From Octopus sinensis (taxonomy: Eukaryota), in assembly GCF_006345805.1 (NCBI RefSeq), contig NC_042997.1, positions 64,542,001 to 64,606,000 of the forward strand: a stretch of DNA of 64,000 nucleotides, read 5' to 3'. Below are positions 1 through 12,169 of this stretch, one piece after another. Below the pieces are notes generated by a model. It was not told the origin of the DNA. It saw nothing but the letters and a program-made list of their open reading frames with translations, and did not search any database. Numbering within the stretch: position 1 is the stretch's first letter; the number at the start of each line of letters is the position of its first letter. Made by a program: the position numbers and the translations under genes.

Positions 1-253
1 AGATGACGCTTTTAGAATAGTGTGTACTCGCAAAAAATGTATGATTTATAAAACATTTAAAGCATGCCATTAGGGAAATTTCAACATGTACAAATAATTT
101 TTGTCCCCGTTCTATAGGGAACATTACATCTAGCTGTCTTTGTAGGTTTCCATTAAAATATTACTCGAATCCACCTTCATATTTCTCTGTTTCTGGAAAG
201 ATACCCTCACTACACAGCGTACTTGATGCAAAGGAAAAAGAGTGAAACCGGAC

Positions 254-255
<2 letters not shown>

Positions 256-294
<39 letters not shown>

Positions 295-303
295 AAGAAA
301 GAA

Positions 304-346
<43 letters not shown>

Positions 347-363
347 AAGAGAGAGAGAAAGAG
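256..363. repeat. (GA)n/(GAAA)n microsatellite
   Basis: Direct reading; explains the ORFs 130..384 and 242..460. Confidence 0.95.
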
Positions 364-439
364 TGATAATAGAATCAACGTCAAAACTTCACTAATACTT
401 TGTGTTTCAAGCTCTACTCAATTGTCATACTCCGGCTAT

Positions 440-1042
440 TTAACACATCTGTTTCGCTAGTATGTAAAAATAAGCTTCACAAAAGTCTATATAATAAATT
501 ATACCCTCTCCACATACCTTACCTCTACCCATACCCTCTGCCTACCTACATACCTCACCTCTACCCACATTCGCGCTTTCCCCATTCTCGCCTCCTCACC
601 TCCCAACGCCATCACACCACACCACATTACACCATACCACACAACACAACACCACGCAAACACCAGCACTGACCAATTCTCACCCCCACATTTTCATACT
701 TACACATACACACACGCACACGTAGAGATCACCAGCCCTCCTTCACACGCACATACGTACTCTCTTACACACACGAGCACCTACGTTTTGGGATCACTAC
801 TACATTGTTATCCCCCCTTCTTCTTAGCTTTCCTGTGTGACCCTTCTGTCCGGCATTCGCAATGATAGATCGCTAGCCACTACACACATTTTTTCTCTCC
901 TTGTTTCTTTCTGTGTTCCTTTCTGTGGAAGAGCGTAAGCTCCAAACGTTAGAGACTTTTTCAATTTCCGAGCGTTATACTAATACATCTATTTGTTTTC
1001 TACACCACCCGTCTTCGTCTTTTGTTTTTTTGTGAATGCTCC

Positions 1043-1044
<2 letters not shown>
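440..1044 (+). mobile_element. Penelope-like terminal repeat fragment (family 1) with degenerate HHR-like motif at 919-954
   Basis: The 3' ~190 bp recur at 55785-55980 (+), ~26025-26200 (-) and, more diverged, ~44880-45000 (-). It ends at a (TA)n tract and contains ctgtggaa-GAGC-gtaa-GCTC-caaac-gt. PLE assignment is inference from the HHR-like motif. Confidence 0.55.
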
Positions 1045-1091
<47 letters not shown>

Positions 1092-1312
1092 AAATATTGA
1101 ATTTCTAAATCTCTCGTAGAGACATGTACGGTGGTGGGGCGATAGAATGGTTGTATACTGTCAATCTAACAAGAACGTGACCGTAGGGGTACACCACCGC
1201 TGTATAGCCCTAGGAAGCATCGAACGCCTCATGATGGCTTTGACACATTTTCCCTGTGTCCTTATATACATTTACGAGGGGGAGACAAACACCTCCGGCT
1301 GCCGGAACTGCA

Positions 1313-1357
1313 TCTAGGGACACGTGTTTCAGGATCGTTGTCCTTCATCGGCCTAGA
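1313..1357 (-). ncRNA. Type I hammerhead ribozyme (U4C core variant)
   Basis: Minus strand reads UCUAGG-CCGAUGA-AGGA-caacga-UCCU-GAAAC-acgu-GUC-CCUAGA: 6-bp stem I, 4-bp stem II, minimal stem III with palindromic loop, GUC triplet. Confidence 0.85.
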
Positions 1358-1613
1358 GTAGCAGACACCGGTCAGCTGGTGATATTTGCCTCGACTTCGT
1401 AATTGTATATATCTATATTCAGTGAAGTCTACTCACTGATTATCAAAATAAGAAATATTGAATTCTATCGCCCCACCACCGTACATGTCTCTACGAGAGA
1501 TTTAGAAATTCAATATTTCTTATTTTGATATTCAGTGAATAGACTTCACTGAATATAGATATATACAATTACGAAGTCGAGGAAAATATCACCAGCTGAC
1601 CGGTGTCTGCTAC

Positions 1614-1658
1614 TCAAGGCCGATGAAGGACAACGATCCTGAAACACGTGTCCCTAGA
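1614..1658 (+). ncRNA. Type I hammerhead ribozyme, second copy (one stem I mismatch)
   Basis: tcaagg-CCGATGA-AGGA-caacga-TCCT-GAAAC-acgt-GTC-cctaga. Confidence 0.8.
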
Positions 1659-1848
1659 TGCAGTTCCGGCAGCCGGGGGTGTTTGTCTCCCCTTCGTAAA
1701 TGTAAATAAGGACACAGGGAAAAATGTGTCAAAGCCATCAGGAGGCGTTCGATGCTTCCTAGGGCTATACAGCGGTGGTGTACCCCTACTGTCACGTTCT
1801 TGTTAGATTGACAGTATACAACCGTTCTATATATATATATATATATTG

Positions 1849-2128
1849 GTAAAAACGGTAAGATAACAAAAGAAAGAAAGAGACCTCAATATTATGTAAA
1901 CAGAGGAAATTCTCTGTAAAATAATGTGACAATAATTCAATAGCCAAGAGAAAACTCTGAGTTTCGGATAACGAAGTGGAAATCCACAACACCATCTCTT
2001 CGGTTATCTGGCCATCTGAAAAACGAACAGGGCGTTTTTCAGATGGCCAGCTAACCGAAGAGATAGTGTTGTGGATATCCACTTCGGCATCCGAAACGCA
2101 GAGTTTTATCTTGGCTATTGAATGATTG

Positions 2129-2131
<3 letters not shown>
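1849..2131. mobile_element. PLE-like terminus with fold-back duplication (99-bp arms 1927-2025 / 2033-2131)
   Basis: The arms are reverse complements around the loop aacaggg; flanked by (TA)n on both sides. Confidence 0.75.
2045..2115 (+). ncRNA. Type I hammerhead-like motif (mirror copy on - strand in 1943-2013)
   Basis: ccag[c/a]taa-CCGAAGA-GAT(g)...CATC-c-GAAAC-gcaga-GTT-ttatct. The consensus of the two arms restores a 6-bp stem I (AGAUAA/UUAUCU). One extra C precedes GAAA. Confidence 0.6.
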
Positions 2132-2177
<46 letters not shown>

Positions 2178-2194
2178 AGGACTTAGTCAATTGC

Positions 2195-2312
2195 ATTGAC
2201 CTCAGTATTCAGCAGGTATTTATTGTACCGACTCCGCAATGATGAAAGACAAAGTCAACCTCGGTGAATTTAAACTCTGAATGTAAAGATGAACGAAATG
2301 CCGCAAAGCTTT
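2195..2312 (-). mobile_element. SINE family B fragment, degenerate
   Basis: Matches the internal part of the copies at 42148 and 56092 (gatgaaagacaaagtcaacctcgg). Confidence 0.6.
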
Positions 2313-2563
2313 CTTTCAGGCGTACACAAACAATTCAGTGCATTAGGTCTAACACCAACATAACAGAAAACGATGTCAAAACAAACAATCACCCACGCAC
2401 GACAGCGCCACAACACATAAAAATCATACATTTAACACAGTACACACAAAATACACTGAAATCGTTCTACCCAGATGCAGTAGGAAGATTTCAAAAATAC
2501 CTATACAACAACATTCTGAGGAAATATTGTGAAGTGAAGGACAACCAACTTTCGAACAGTAAG

Positions 2564-2633
<70 letters not shown>

Positions 2634-2689
2634 ATTCTTTACCATTTTCTTTCCTGTGTAAAGCACAACTTTCGATAGGAACATGCTCA

Positions 2690-4068
2690 GAATTGGTTGA
2701 ATAAATGTGCGTGGATTGGGGTCGCCTTGGAATCAAGGCTACCTGTTAAATGACATCAAGTCAGAGAATGTGCATAACCTAGCCATCAGTGAGACCAGAC
2801 TCCACAACCCACGGATCCTCTAGCATATTTTTGTGCGGACAATTCGACATTTATTTTTCTCCGTGTCTGCCGAGAATGGGCTGTGTTGGTATCGCATTGA
2901 TTTTTCGGAAAAGTCTGGCCCTCAAAAGCAGAGTTATATTCCTAGACCCGGAGAGTAGAAGTGGCATCGCGTCCAACATGGAGGCAGCAATATTGGCCCT
3001 CGATTAACAATTCAACGCCAAACACGAACGATGCGCTGTCAGAGCTAGGATGCGTGCTCTGAGGAACGAAGGATTTGGAGCCGCACGAGAGTCACGAGAG
3101 GCGCAGGCGCAATGAGGCAAAAAGTCACCATTATGTCTCTTTCAGATTAACAGGGGTGCGAATTACTCGAGCCTGAAAGCATGTGTGAGACCTTTCAAAA
3201 GCACTTTGCCCCGACTGTTCGGGACAACTGGTGGGTCAGAACGCTGGGTGGACTTTAATGCATACCTGCATGGCCTGTCACAACTCTCGGGAAGAGAGGC
3301 GGTATGTTGTGAAAGACCCATCACAGCCGCGGACATACGCAGGCTGCGCGGGATAAAGTCGCCAGTTTTGGATTGTCTGCCCTACGAGTTTTATTGTCAT
3401 ATGCCAGACTTGTTTGGAGGTGTATTGGCAGCAGTCTACTGCAGCTGGCAGCAAAACGGGAGTATCCCCAGTTTTGTGAAGCGAGGAGCGGTGGCACTGC
3501 TAAAGAAAGATCCAAACAAGGCGTAAGTCATAGATAACTGCAGGCCCATCACTCTGCTCGACGCAGATTTGAAGATTTTGGTCAAGGTGCTAGCCGAGAA
3601 GCTGGCTCTTGTCCTCTAGAAACTGGTCAACAAGGCACAAACATGCGCCGTGCCGGACAGGAGTCTCCATGACAACATCCATCTGATGCGCTACATCATA
3701 GACATAGTAGTTAAGGAACCTAGCATTGATGGGGGGCTAATTAATGTGGATCAATCGAAAGCTTTCGATAGGGTCTACCATAGCTACTTAGATCGGTTTG
3801 ATCGGCCCCCTCTTCCGCTGTTGGATCGCTGCATTATACAGTGGCAGCCGCTCGGTAGTTCGCATAAATGGTTATCTCTCCAGACCATTTAACATCAAGC
3901 GTTCGGTCCGTGAAGGATGCCCCCTATCGTCGCTTCTGTACGTATTGAATCTAGAGCCACTACTGTAGCCGCTTGCGATGCTGAGCGACATCCCGCGAGA
4001 AATGGGATGCGGGAGGAGCGTGTCTGGTAAAAGAATAGATATGTGCATATGCGTGAGCATAATGTGCA
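2690..4068 (+). mobile_element. Decayed Tx1/L1-clade LINE: APE endonuclease and RT fragments
   Basis: Translates, with frameshifts and deletions, to INVRGL...AISETRL (APE), KSPVLDCLPYEFY, QSKAFDRV and [22 protein letters not shown]. It breaks off near the YADD position at a GATA array. Confidence 0.9.
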
Positions 4069-4184
4069 GATAGATAGATAGACAGATAAATATATATATA
4101 TATATATATAGATAGATAGATAGATAGAGTGATAGATACATTCATGTATAATACATACATACAGAGAGGCAGATAGATAGATAG

Positions 4185-4270
<86 letters not shown>

Positions 4271-4282
4271 GCAGATAGATAA

Positions 4283-4357
<75 letters not shown>
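4066..4357. repeat. (GATA)n array (interrupted)
   Basis: Direct reading. Confidence 0.95.
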
Positions 4358-4358
<1 letters not shown>

Positions 4359-4361
4359 ATA

Positions 4362-5169
4362 TGTTTCTTTATTAGCCACACAGGGCTGCACACAGACAGG
4401 ACAAATTACAAGGTAGAGCTTTTCTTTTGGGAGTAAAAAAGGGGGTTTGGTTTTGGATCAAAAGGGATCGTAAAAGGAAAGTAAGAGGACAAAAAATGGG
4501 GGGAAGGGAAAGGAAGAAAGGTGGAAGGAAAAAAAGGGAAAGGAAAAAAATGATCAATAGGGATCGTTATCACAGAAATGTCAATATAAAGTGTAAAGGG
4601 GAAGACATGTGAGGCTTACCCGTGGAAAGAAAAGCCTACGGAAAAGACCACGGTAACCTCGGTCAATGAAGTCACATGTTATATTTTTTTTTACAAATAA
4701 GCAACTCTCTGTATTAATTTTTACGGTTCATAGGATCATAGTCAAGGTGGCTTCGTCATTCATACGTGTCATCCTTGCTACATTCACCCATCTTTTTTTA
4801 AAACATTCACTAGACAAAACTTGCCTCTCTACTCTCACTTTCCTCTTCAAGTGATACTTGAAGAAGTTGATGAGAGATTGACCAGAGAGGAAAGTGTTTG
4901 TCTCTAATCCTTTCAGGCGCGTCCACCAGATACATTCTTTTGCCATAGCCACAAGTATGATAAAAATAGCTCTTCCTTCCCGTTTGAAGGAAGGAGGCGT
5001 GACGATATTAACGATAGACTCGGCTGTTAAACCGACACGTCCCACACATGACAGCAGTCGTTTGACATAAGCCCACAGGTCGGAGATTGTTGGACACTGC
5101 ACGATTGCGTGCAGAACGGTTTCGTCGCTCTGCCCGCATCTCGGGCAGGTCGGCCCTGTGTTTCTCGAC
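4362..5169 (-). mobile_element. 3' end of Tx1/L1-clade LINE (C-terminal CCHC knuckle, 3' UTR, AATAAA)
   Basis: ORF 4728..5342 contains CPRCGQSDETVLHAIVQC, the L1-type CX2C...H...C knuckle. AATAAA lies at the 3' end, and GATA arrays flank both sides. Confidence 0.9.
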
Positions 5170-5203
5170 AGATAGATAGATAGATAGACAGATAGATAGA
5201 TAT

Positions 5204-5288
<85 letters not shown>
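5169..5288. repeat. (GATA)n array
   Basis: Direct reading. Confidence 0.95.
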
Positions 5289-5289
<1 letters not shown>

Positions 5290-5669
5290 CGGGTGAATGG
5301 TGTAGAGCCTGTTCTATATGTAGAGATGAAGATATATTTCATCTTTCAAATTAAGTCATTTACAAACACTACACCAACCAATATAAAACCATCGGCCAAT
5401 AAACGCATAAGCAAATAGATACATATGTTTGTGAGCATGGAAAATATGGTGACCAAGGATATGTACAACTAGTCACATTTTATGATCTGAACAGTCGACA
5501 GGAGTCGAATTTATTCCAGCAGTCTAGATAGAGTGGGCGAAAGTTAAGATGCTTAGCTGGAAGTTGTAAAAGTATTATGCATACAATCAACGTTACTGAA
5601 GTAATTCTAAAAGCGAAACACAGAACTATATTTCTCCAGCATGGCTGCAGTTAAATGACTGAAACAAGT

Positions 5670-5745
<76 letters not shown>

Positions 5746-7251
5746 CATATTTATATTGCATGTATATGTTGCATATATATCCACATACATGTATATATTG
5801 TATATTTTTCTATCTGTACATATATACACAAGATATATGTATGTGAATATATATGCAATGTATATACATATACTTACATACATATAAGTGTGGGTGGCGT
5901 GGTAAATCGTGGGGGGGTGTGGGGAAACGTGTGTATGTATGTTTGTGTTTGCTCATGTAGTTTTTGATGAACTTTATATTTTCGTGATATATGAGTACCC
6001 GTAATATATGACAGTTCTAAAGTGGTTGAAATTCAGCAGTAAGAAATTACGTTTTCATTCCACCACTGTATAATATATCTGGCAAATACACTTTAAAATA
6101 ACAATAATTATGAAACGGTCTGTACGTGCTAAGTATTTAATTTTATTAGAGTATTAATACGCTTAACGTATATTAGTTTTGATGGAAATTAATCATATTA
6201 TAGTTTTAAGGAGAAATATTTTCAGTATAACAATCGCAAAATTTTCTTTTTTTTTTCATATATCTATTACAATATAAAAGTCAAGCATTAATAGGGTTAA
6301 ATCGTAATATTCTATTCAGCCAAGAATGTTTCCGAAGCATATTATTATGCAATAAATATTAAATATATTTTGCTGTTTCAAAAAGTGTTAATAACCATAT
6401 ACGGCTGTATTTACTTCGTACATGATATTAAGCGCATGCGAACTATTTTTGTTGATTGAGATTAGATATTATGGGAGAGAGTATAAGGTACTCAGTTATT
6501 TTTTGTATAAACGAAAGCCATCTATTCACTCTTCATTCGCAACTGCCGAAAAAATCTACAAAAATATGAATATAGTTTCATCTATGTATTTATGGATACC
6601 ATACTGAAGATGGGAGCACGCATTTTTCTGATCTTATATATATCTAAATAAGATCACAGAATCCTGAATCATTATAATTATGTAACTGCTGGACTCGCTT
6701 ACAACCATAAATTTGTTTCAGAATAATAGTAAACTTATATCTTTATATAAAGAGTTAAATAGTCCCGATATTTATTTCTCCTTTGAAGCGATCGAGACAG
6801 CTTGTTTTGCCATATGTGAATCTCCGAGATGAGTAATTCCTGTGGTTGTAACTTGAGATTAGTAAAAGATGAAACACAATTTCCAAGTGTAAGATTAAAG
6901 GTGGAAATAACTTTTGGCCATATTGAAAATATAGGGTTTTGTAAGAAGAGTTAATGACTGCTTCACTGGACTTATATTGAAAAAAATATGTATCGAGCAT
7001 GAATGAAGATATGTTTCCGGATGTAGTTCGTTCATGCTGCCATGATCAAAACCAATTTGGGAAACCGAATTCAGAACAAAAAATCCTATGATATTTATTG
7101 CATTTCATTGTATTTTCTGATAAAAGTTATAGTCCGTTCTGACAGTATATGTGATGTCTCCTGTTGGTAGATCAGCAACTCGGATGGGAGATGCGTTATG
7201 CTGGTTAGAGCGTATGCTTATGATTAATCTACAATGTTTCAGACAAACGTA

Positions 7252-7313
<62 letters not shown>

Positions 7314-7316
<3 letters not shown>

Positions 7317-8564
7317 GAGTTGGACAAAAGAATGGAAACAACTTAAAATTTCAAACAAATTTATTTTAATATGGGGTAGGACCACTTTTCTTAGTAATTA
7401 CAACTTGCATTCTACAAGGTATGGACTCATACACAGATTTTTGTCCATTCTTCAGCTAAAACATACTTCAGATCTTGTAGTAATGATTGTGGATGATATC
7501 GACGCATTACTAGTTATTTCTAAAATACATCATACATGTTCAAAAATATTGAAATCTGGGGACTGTGGTCGCCAGATATGATGATCAACTGCACTAGAAT
7601 GTTCTTCGTGCCAATCAGTAACAATTTTAGCTGTGTGAATTGGTGATTATCATCCTGAAAGATTGTGTTTCACTCCGAAAACCGTCCCGCAAACATAGAA
7701 TAAATTTGATAAGATAAAATGCTTAAATAGTCTTCACTATTAATTCTACCATGAAGAAAAACCATTGCGCAGGCAGATCTCCAAGATATAGCCCCCAGAT
7801 CCCCACAGATCCTCCTCTACGTTTAACAGCTGGATGAAGGCAGTCTGGGTCAAATGCTTCTCTTGGATGTCTCCACACGTATACACGACCGGTGGTCGGA
7901 AATAAGACTAAAGATTATTCGTCCGAGAAAATAACATTTTCCCTCTTTCTAGGGACCAAATCTGTATGTTTTTACTGCACCCTAAACGCTTTGCCACATT
8001 TGTTTTTGAAAATGGTTTTCTGATTGCAGCCCACCAGTGAAATCCAGCTTTTTACAGCTCTCACGAACGGCGTCTGTGGAAACTGGATTCTCGAGGTGGT
8101 CATAAAGCTCTGCAGTAATTCTGGGAGATGTATTTTTGTGATCCTTTCTAACAATTGGCATAAGAGTCCGGCGGTCCCTATCTGAAAGTTTTGGCTTTCT
8201 TCTGGAGTTTTGTTTCGACGAGGAAGTTTTTCCCTCTTTCTCAAAGGCTGTCATTACTTTCGAGACAGTACTTCTTGATACACCAAACATTTTGGGTGTT
8301 TTCGTTACGCTAACAACTGACATACGGGCACCAAGAATGTGACATCTTTGAAAATCCAAAAGATCAGTAATTTTAATGAATTTTAATTTTGTTTTTCTAA
8401 TGATATCTGAAAAGAAACAGCAATTTTAACAAAACAAACAAAGCAACACTAATAATAGATTTTTAAAAACATGAAAATAAACAAGCTTTTGACGGTTTTA
8501 TATTTATCTTTCGACATTATGATGCTATGAAGCTAGGTGTTTCAATTATTTTGTCCAACCGCAG
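7314..8564 (-). mobile_element. Tc1-type DNA transposon, full TIR-to-TIR, transposase pseudogenised
   Basis: TIRs caggagttggacaaaagaatggaaac / gtttcaattattttgtccaaccgcag with TA flanks. ORF 7982..8359 gives a Tc1 paired-like HTH (FGVSRSTVSKV...RKPKLSDRDRRTL), then frameshifts. Confidence 0.93.
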
Positions 8565-8903
8565 TATATATATATATATATATATAAAGGGTAGAAATAT
8601 TAGAGAATGTTTTCTACCAGTGGTTCGCATGCATAAAATAGCCAATAGACAACATATTTTTCATATAAAATAAGCGTACATTTATACAGAAAAGAGGTGA
8701 CCCTAACAGAACACCTTACATGCTAAAAAGAACAGTGAATTCCCAAACCACGGTTAAGAGTAATTTCGCAGGGGATGAAAAAATAAAAACATTTTCAATA
8801 GTTACCACGTGTACCTAGCTTTCGAACATTAACTGTTTGGGCTTTGATTGTTCCTATTACCATGTAAGGTGTCCTTTACAGGACACGTTTCATTGTTGTT
8901 TTG

Positions 8904-8940
<37 letters not shown>

Positions 8941-9241
8941 TTGAAAAGTATTTGGGAAATCTTTTTTAACTCCATGTAATTCATATGGAAAGCAATATAG
9001 AGATTAAAATATTTGAATCCAGGAATGTTGCTCTAGACGGCTCAAATCCGTAAGGTTGAACAATGAAGTTTTCGACCCAGCCCATTATATGTCTTCAAAT
9101 TTTCGTCTTCTCAATTTGTATGTCAATGTTTGAACAAGCTTTTAAAGAAAACTCCAGATATCGACATACATATACATACATATATATACATATACATAAA
9201 TGAAGTGTGTACGTGAAGTAATATATGCTTAGAAGTGATAC

Positions 9242-9519
9242 CATGTAGTGTGGGAACAGAAACTGTAACCTCCACATACAGAGCCATCACCCCTGTTCGA
9301 GAGTCCGTTATAAATACATTTCTATGGATTTGCTTATGTAGAGAAGGAACTCCTAACTTAACAACTTCATAGGGACTTGTCGCCGGATACATACCAATGA
9401 TAGCATGCGCAGATTTCATATAAATATGGTTATTACATTTCGTTATGGTTTTCTTGAAGCAGATCTCCAGATAAGTCTTTACAAAATGCTTCTGTTCATT
9501 TGTATTCCTTTTCTTTATT
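9242..9519 (-). CDS. Candidate internal exon of an unidentified host gene
   Basis: Non-repetitive frame open for about 140 codons (9126-9548). Acceptor tattacag| at 9520, weak donor |gtatca at 9241. Encodes ...KHFVKTYLEICF...GMYPATSPYEVVKLGVPSLHKQIHRNVFITDSRTGVMALYVEV... No confident homology. Confidence 0.3.
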
Positions 9520-9678
9520 CTGTAATATGTATCATTTATACTCCATGTTTATATATTATATATCACAAGCCTATCTCTATTTATCTAACTTACAAACCCT
9601 ACAAACACCCCCCACATATATATATATATATATATACCTGCTCACTGTCATTATACCATATAGCAATATAGTTGCTTA

Positions 9679-9714
<36 letters not shown>

Positions 9715-9839
9715 ATATATATATGGGTGTGTGTATATATATTTCTTCCCTTCTTTCCTGAGCGTCCAATAATACTTTATTTGTTCCACGTCCTTGCGTT
9801 GTTTTTTTTTTGTTTTTGTTTTCTTGTTTGGATTAACTT

Positions 9840-9873
<34 letters not shown>

Positions 9874-11214
9874 ATATATACGTTTGTGTGTATATGTGTG
9901 CAAGTGTAATTGTGTATGTGAGTTTGTGTGTAAACGAAAGTTTTGATTTAATTACAGTTTAGAACACAACTAAGCTTAAATTTCTTGTGAATATATCCCG
10001 AAGTGTGATTTCGCTTGGACATTGATATATCTAACTTGATAGAAATGCATTTACAGTAACTTAAAGCTAGTTATTTATTTCTTACTGTGAAACATCCTTC
10101 TACGAAAGTGTATAATACGCTTTGTAATTATTCGCAAGTGTATCACCATAATTCAACAACTATATTTATTCCGAGTTTTTAACATATACTCAACTAGAGT
10201 ATATATATTTAGGCCTGCAAATATGTCGAATGCGATTTCTCAAGTCAAATATGTACTTTAAATAATGTTTTCCAGTTCGTAATATTTGCGACATACTGAT
10301 CACTCAAAGGAAATGTCAGGCAGACTATATTTTAGCGATTCATTTAAATCACTTCATATTCAAATTCCATTCCATTTGTGGAATTGCCTGCGTGCAACCA
10401 CACCTGAAAGACTAACCTCAAGCGATGTCTAGGTTGTCTGCAACAAATAGTTTGGCTCTCTTGATCTTCAAATTTATCCACATTTTAGTTTCATAGTCTT
10501 CCACCTACGATTAATAAAGTTTATTTTATTGGATATTAACTGTCTAGGAAAAAGTTGTGTTCTTTTTATGTGCCATAAATTTTGCCTAAATTTTCTTGCA
10601 AATTTTCTACCACTTAGATTCATCAATTAATTGTTTTTCTTCTATTTATTTCTTAGAAAAATGTTGGTATAAGTTTGACATTAATATTATGATGTTGCAT
10701 CGTCGTTCAAAGTATAGACACCAATATACGTATTTAATCAACTAGAGTATTATATATCGATATGAGCAACAAGAGTAAAGTGGATAGTTACAGGAATAGA
10801 ATTCAAAATGTGTTAAACTATGTAATCACACAGCGTGTATTATCCGACACCTTGCATATTACGCATACGTACATATATATGAGTATGTGGGTATGTGTTG
10901 GGAAAAAAGTAACACAATTTGAGCATTATTTCTATTCACTTTTCTTCCACTCCTGCCCACGTCTACACACACACACACACACAAAAGTCACTCATACCAC
11001 TCAACCATATGAGTATATTCCAACACGAACACACTCATGTATATCTCAAAATATGTAATTTCCCTCATAGAACCAAATTGTCACACCACGTCATTTTCTG
11101 CATCTCTCTTGCTTTTCTCTCTCTTTCTTTCTTTCTCTCTCTCTCTCCCTCACACACACACTTCGACTGACGTTTCCTTTTTCTCACTCTCACTGTACTT
11201 TCTCCTGCACTTAC

Positions 11215-11345
11215 TACATCGCCTCATGCTCGGAGAAATGAGCGGCAAAATTGATCTCGGCGGAACATCCAGTCGTTGCCAGAACAGGAATAAATATCTT
11301 ACGAAATTTTCCGCATGCTATAACAATTCAGCCAGTCCACCCCTT
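11215..11345 (-). mobile_element. SINE family B remnant, highly degenerate
   Basis: ggcaaaattgatctcggcggaa...ttcagccagtccaccc resembles family B. Confidence 0.4.
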
Positions 11346-11794
11346 CGTATCTTCTGAAATATGCTGATAAAGTAATACTTTCTCCAATTCAGTTTCCTAC
11401 GCGGTCTGACGATAACGAACCTGAAATATTCTCAGACTTTTTAAACTTTAGTTCCAGAAACTGTTGGTAATGTTGTTGTTGCTGTTGTAGTTGTCGTCCT
11501 AACTACTATTGTTGCTGTTGCAGCTGCACCACTCAAGCCAATATGTCTTCCATGTTAATGATTTTTTTCTTTGATTTTGTACCAAGGAAAATATTCTAAC
11601 GTCAGAAGGAAGATTCGAATATATCATCGCCACTTTTATATCCTTGCTGTTGCACACAGCACTCTTTGTCTTTCATTGTACTCAGTACTCTTGTTAGCAC
11701 TTGTTTTTCGTTCCTACGGACTGTAGTGCCATGTTTAATCCCAAGAAGACATCTTCTCTAGCTGATTGACACTGCACAACTGTATCCGATATAT

Positions 11795-12082
11795 TGTGAG
11801 CAAGGAAATCGAAGCCCTAGCGCATTCTAGCGACAAGACCAACACAGTTATTCGAACAACTATCATTACGGCAACTTACTTGTTCGGTGCGTGTTCAGTT
11901 CGCGCTAACACACCGGCTTCGGTGCGTGTTCAGTTGGCACTAACACATCAGATTCGGTGCGATTTTAAACCCGGAACTAACACACCGACTCTTACGACTA
12001 CTGCCTACCTCTTCTCTCAAACAATTCACCACTCTTTATAAGAGATCGGCTAGTCCATTCTGCAATGACACTCGCCACAACA
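11795..12082 (-). mobile_element. Solo LTR (288 bp)
   Basis: TGT...ACA termini; 5-bp TSD TATAT at 11790-11794 and 12083-12087; TATA-like cttataaag on the minus strand; internal ~33-bp tandem repeats. Confidence 0.65.
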
Positions 12083-12169
12083 TATATACTACAGAATCAA
12101 ATGAGGATTTCTTTTATATTAAACAAAAAGTATAAGACGAACAGTGAAAACGTATATTAATATTCTTAA

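Larger units (their letters stand above)
1087..1830. mobile_element. Inverted pair of ~361-nt retrozyme/PLE-like units embedded in (TA)n
   Basis: 1141-1464 is the near-perfect reverse complement of 1507-1829, and 1462-1521 is the reverse complement of 1089-1148. Each arm is terminally redundant and holds one HHR. Confidence 0.85.

Noticed and set aside
130-215. Possible terminal exon KQRNMKVDSSNILMETYKDS (minus)
   Set aside because: Too short; the ORF length comes from a GA microsatellite.
6755-7045. ~97-codon minus-strand frame with a hydrophobic stretch
   Set aside because: No recognisable domain and no clean splice pair; competing frames on both strands. Not supportable without RNA data.
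11880-11990. CRISPR-like or structured repeat array
   Set aside because: Only about three degenerate tandem units without unique spacers, inside a solo LTR in eukaryotic DNA.
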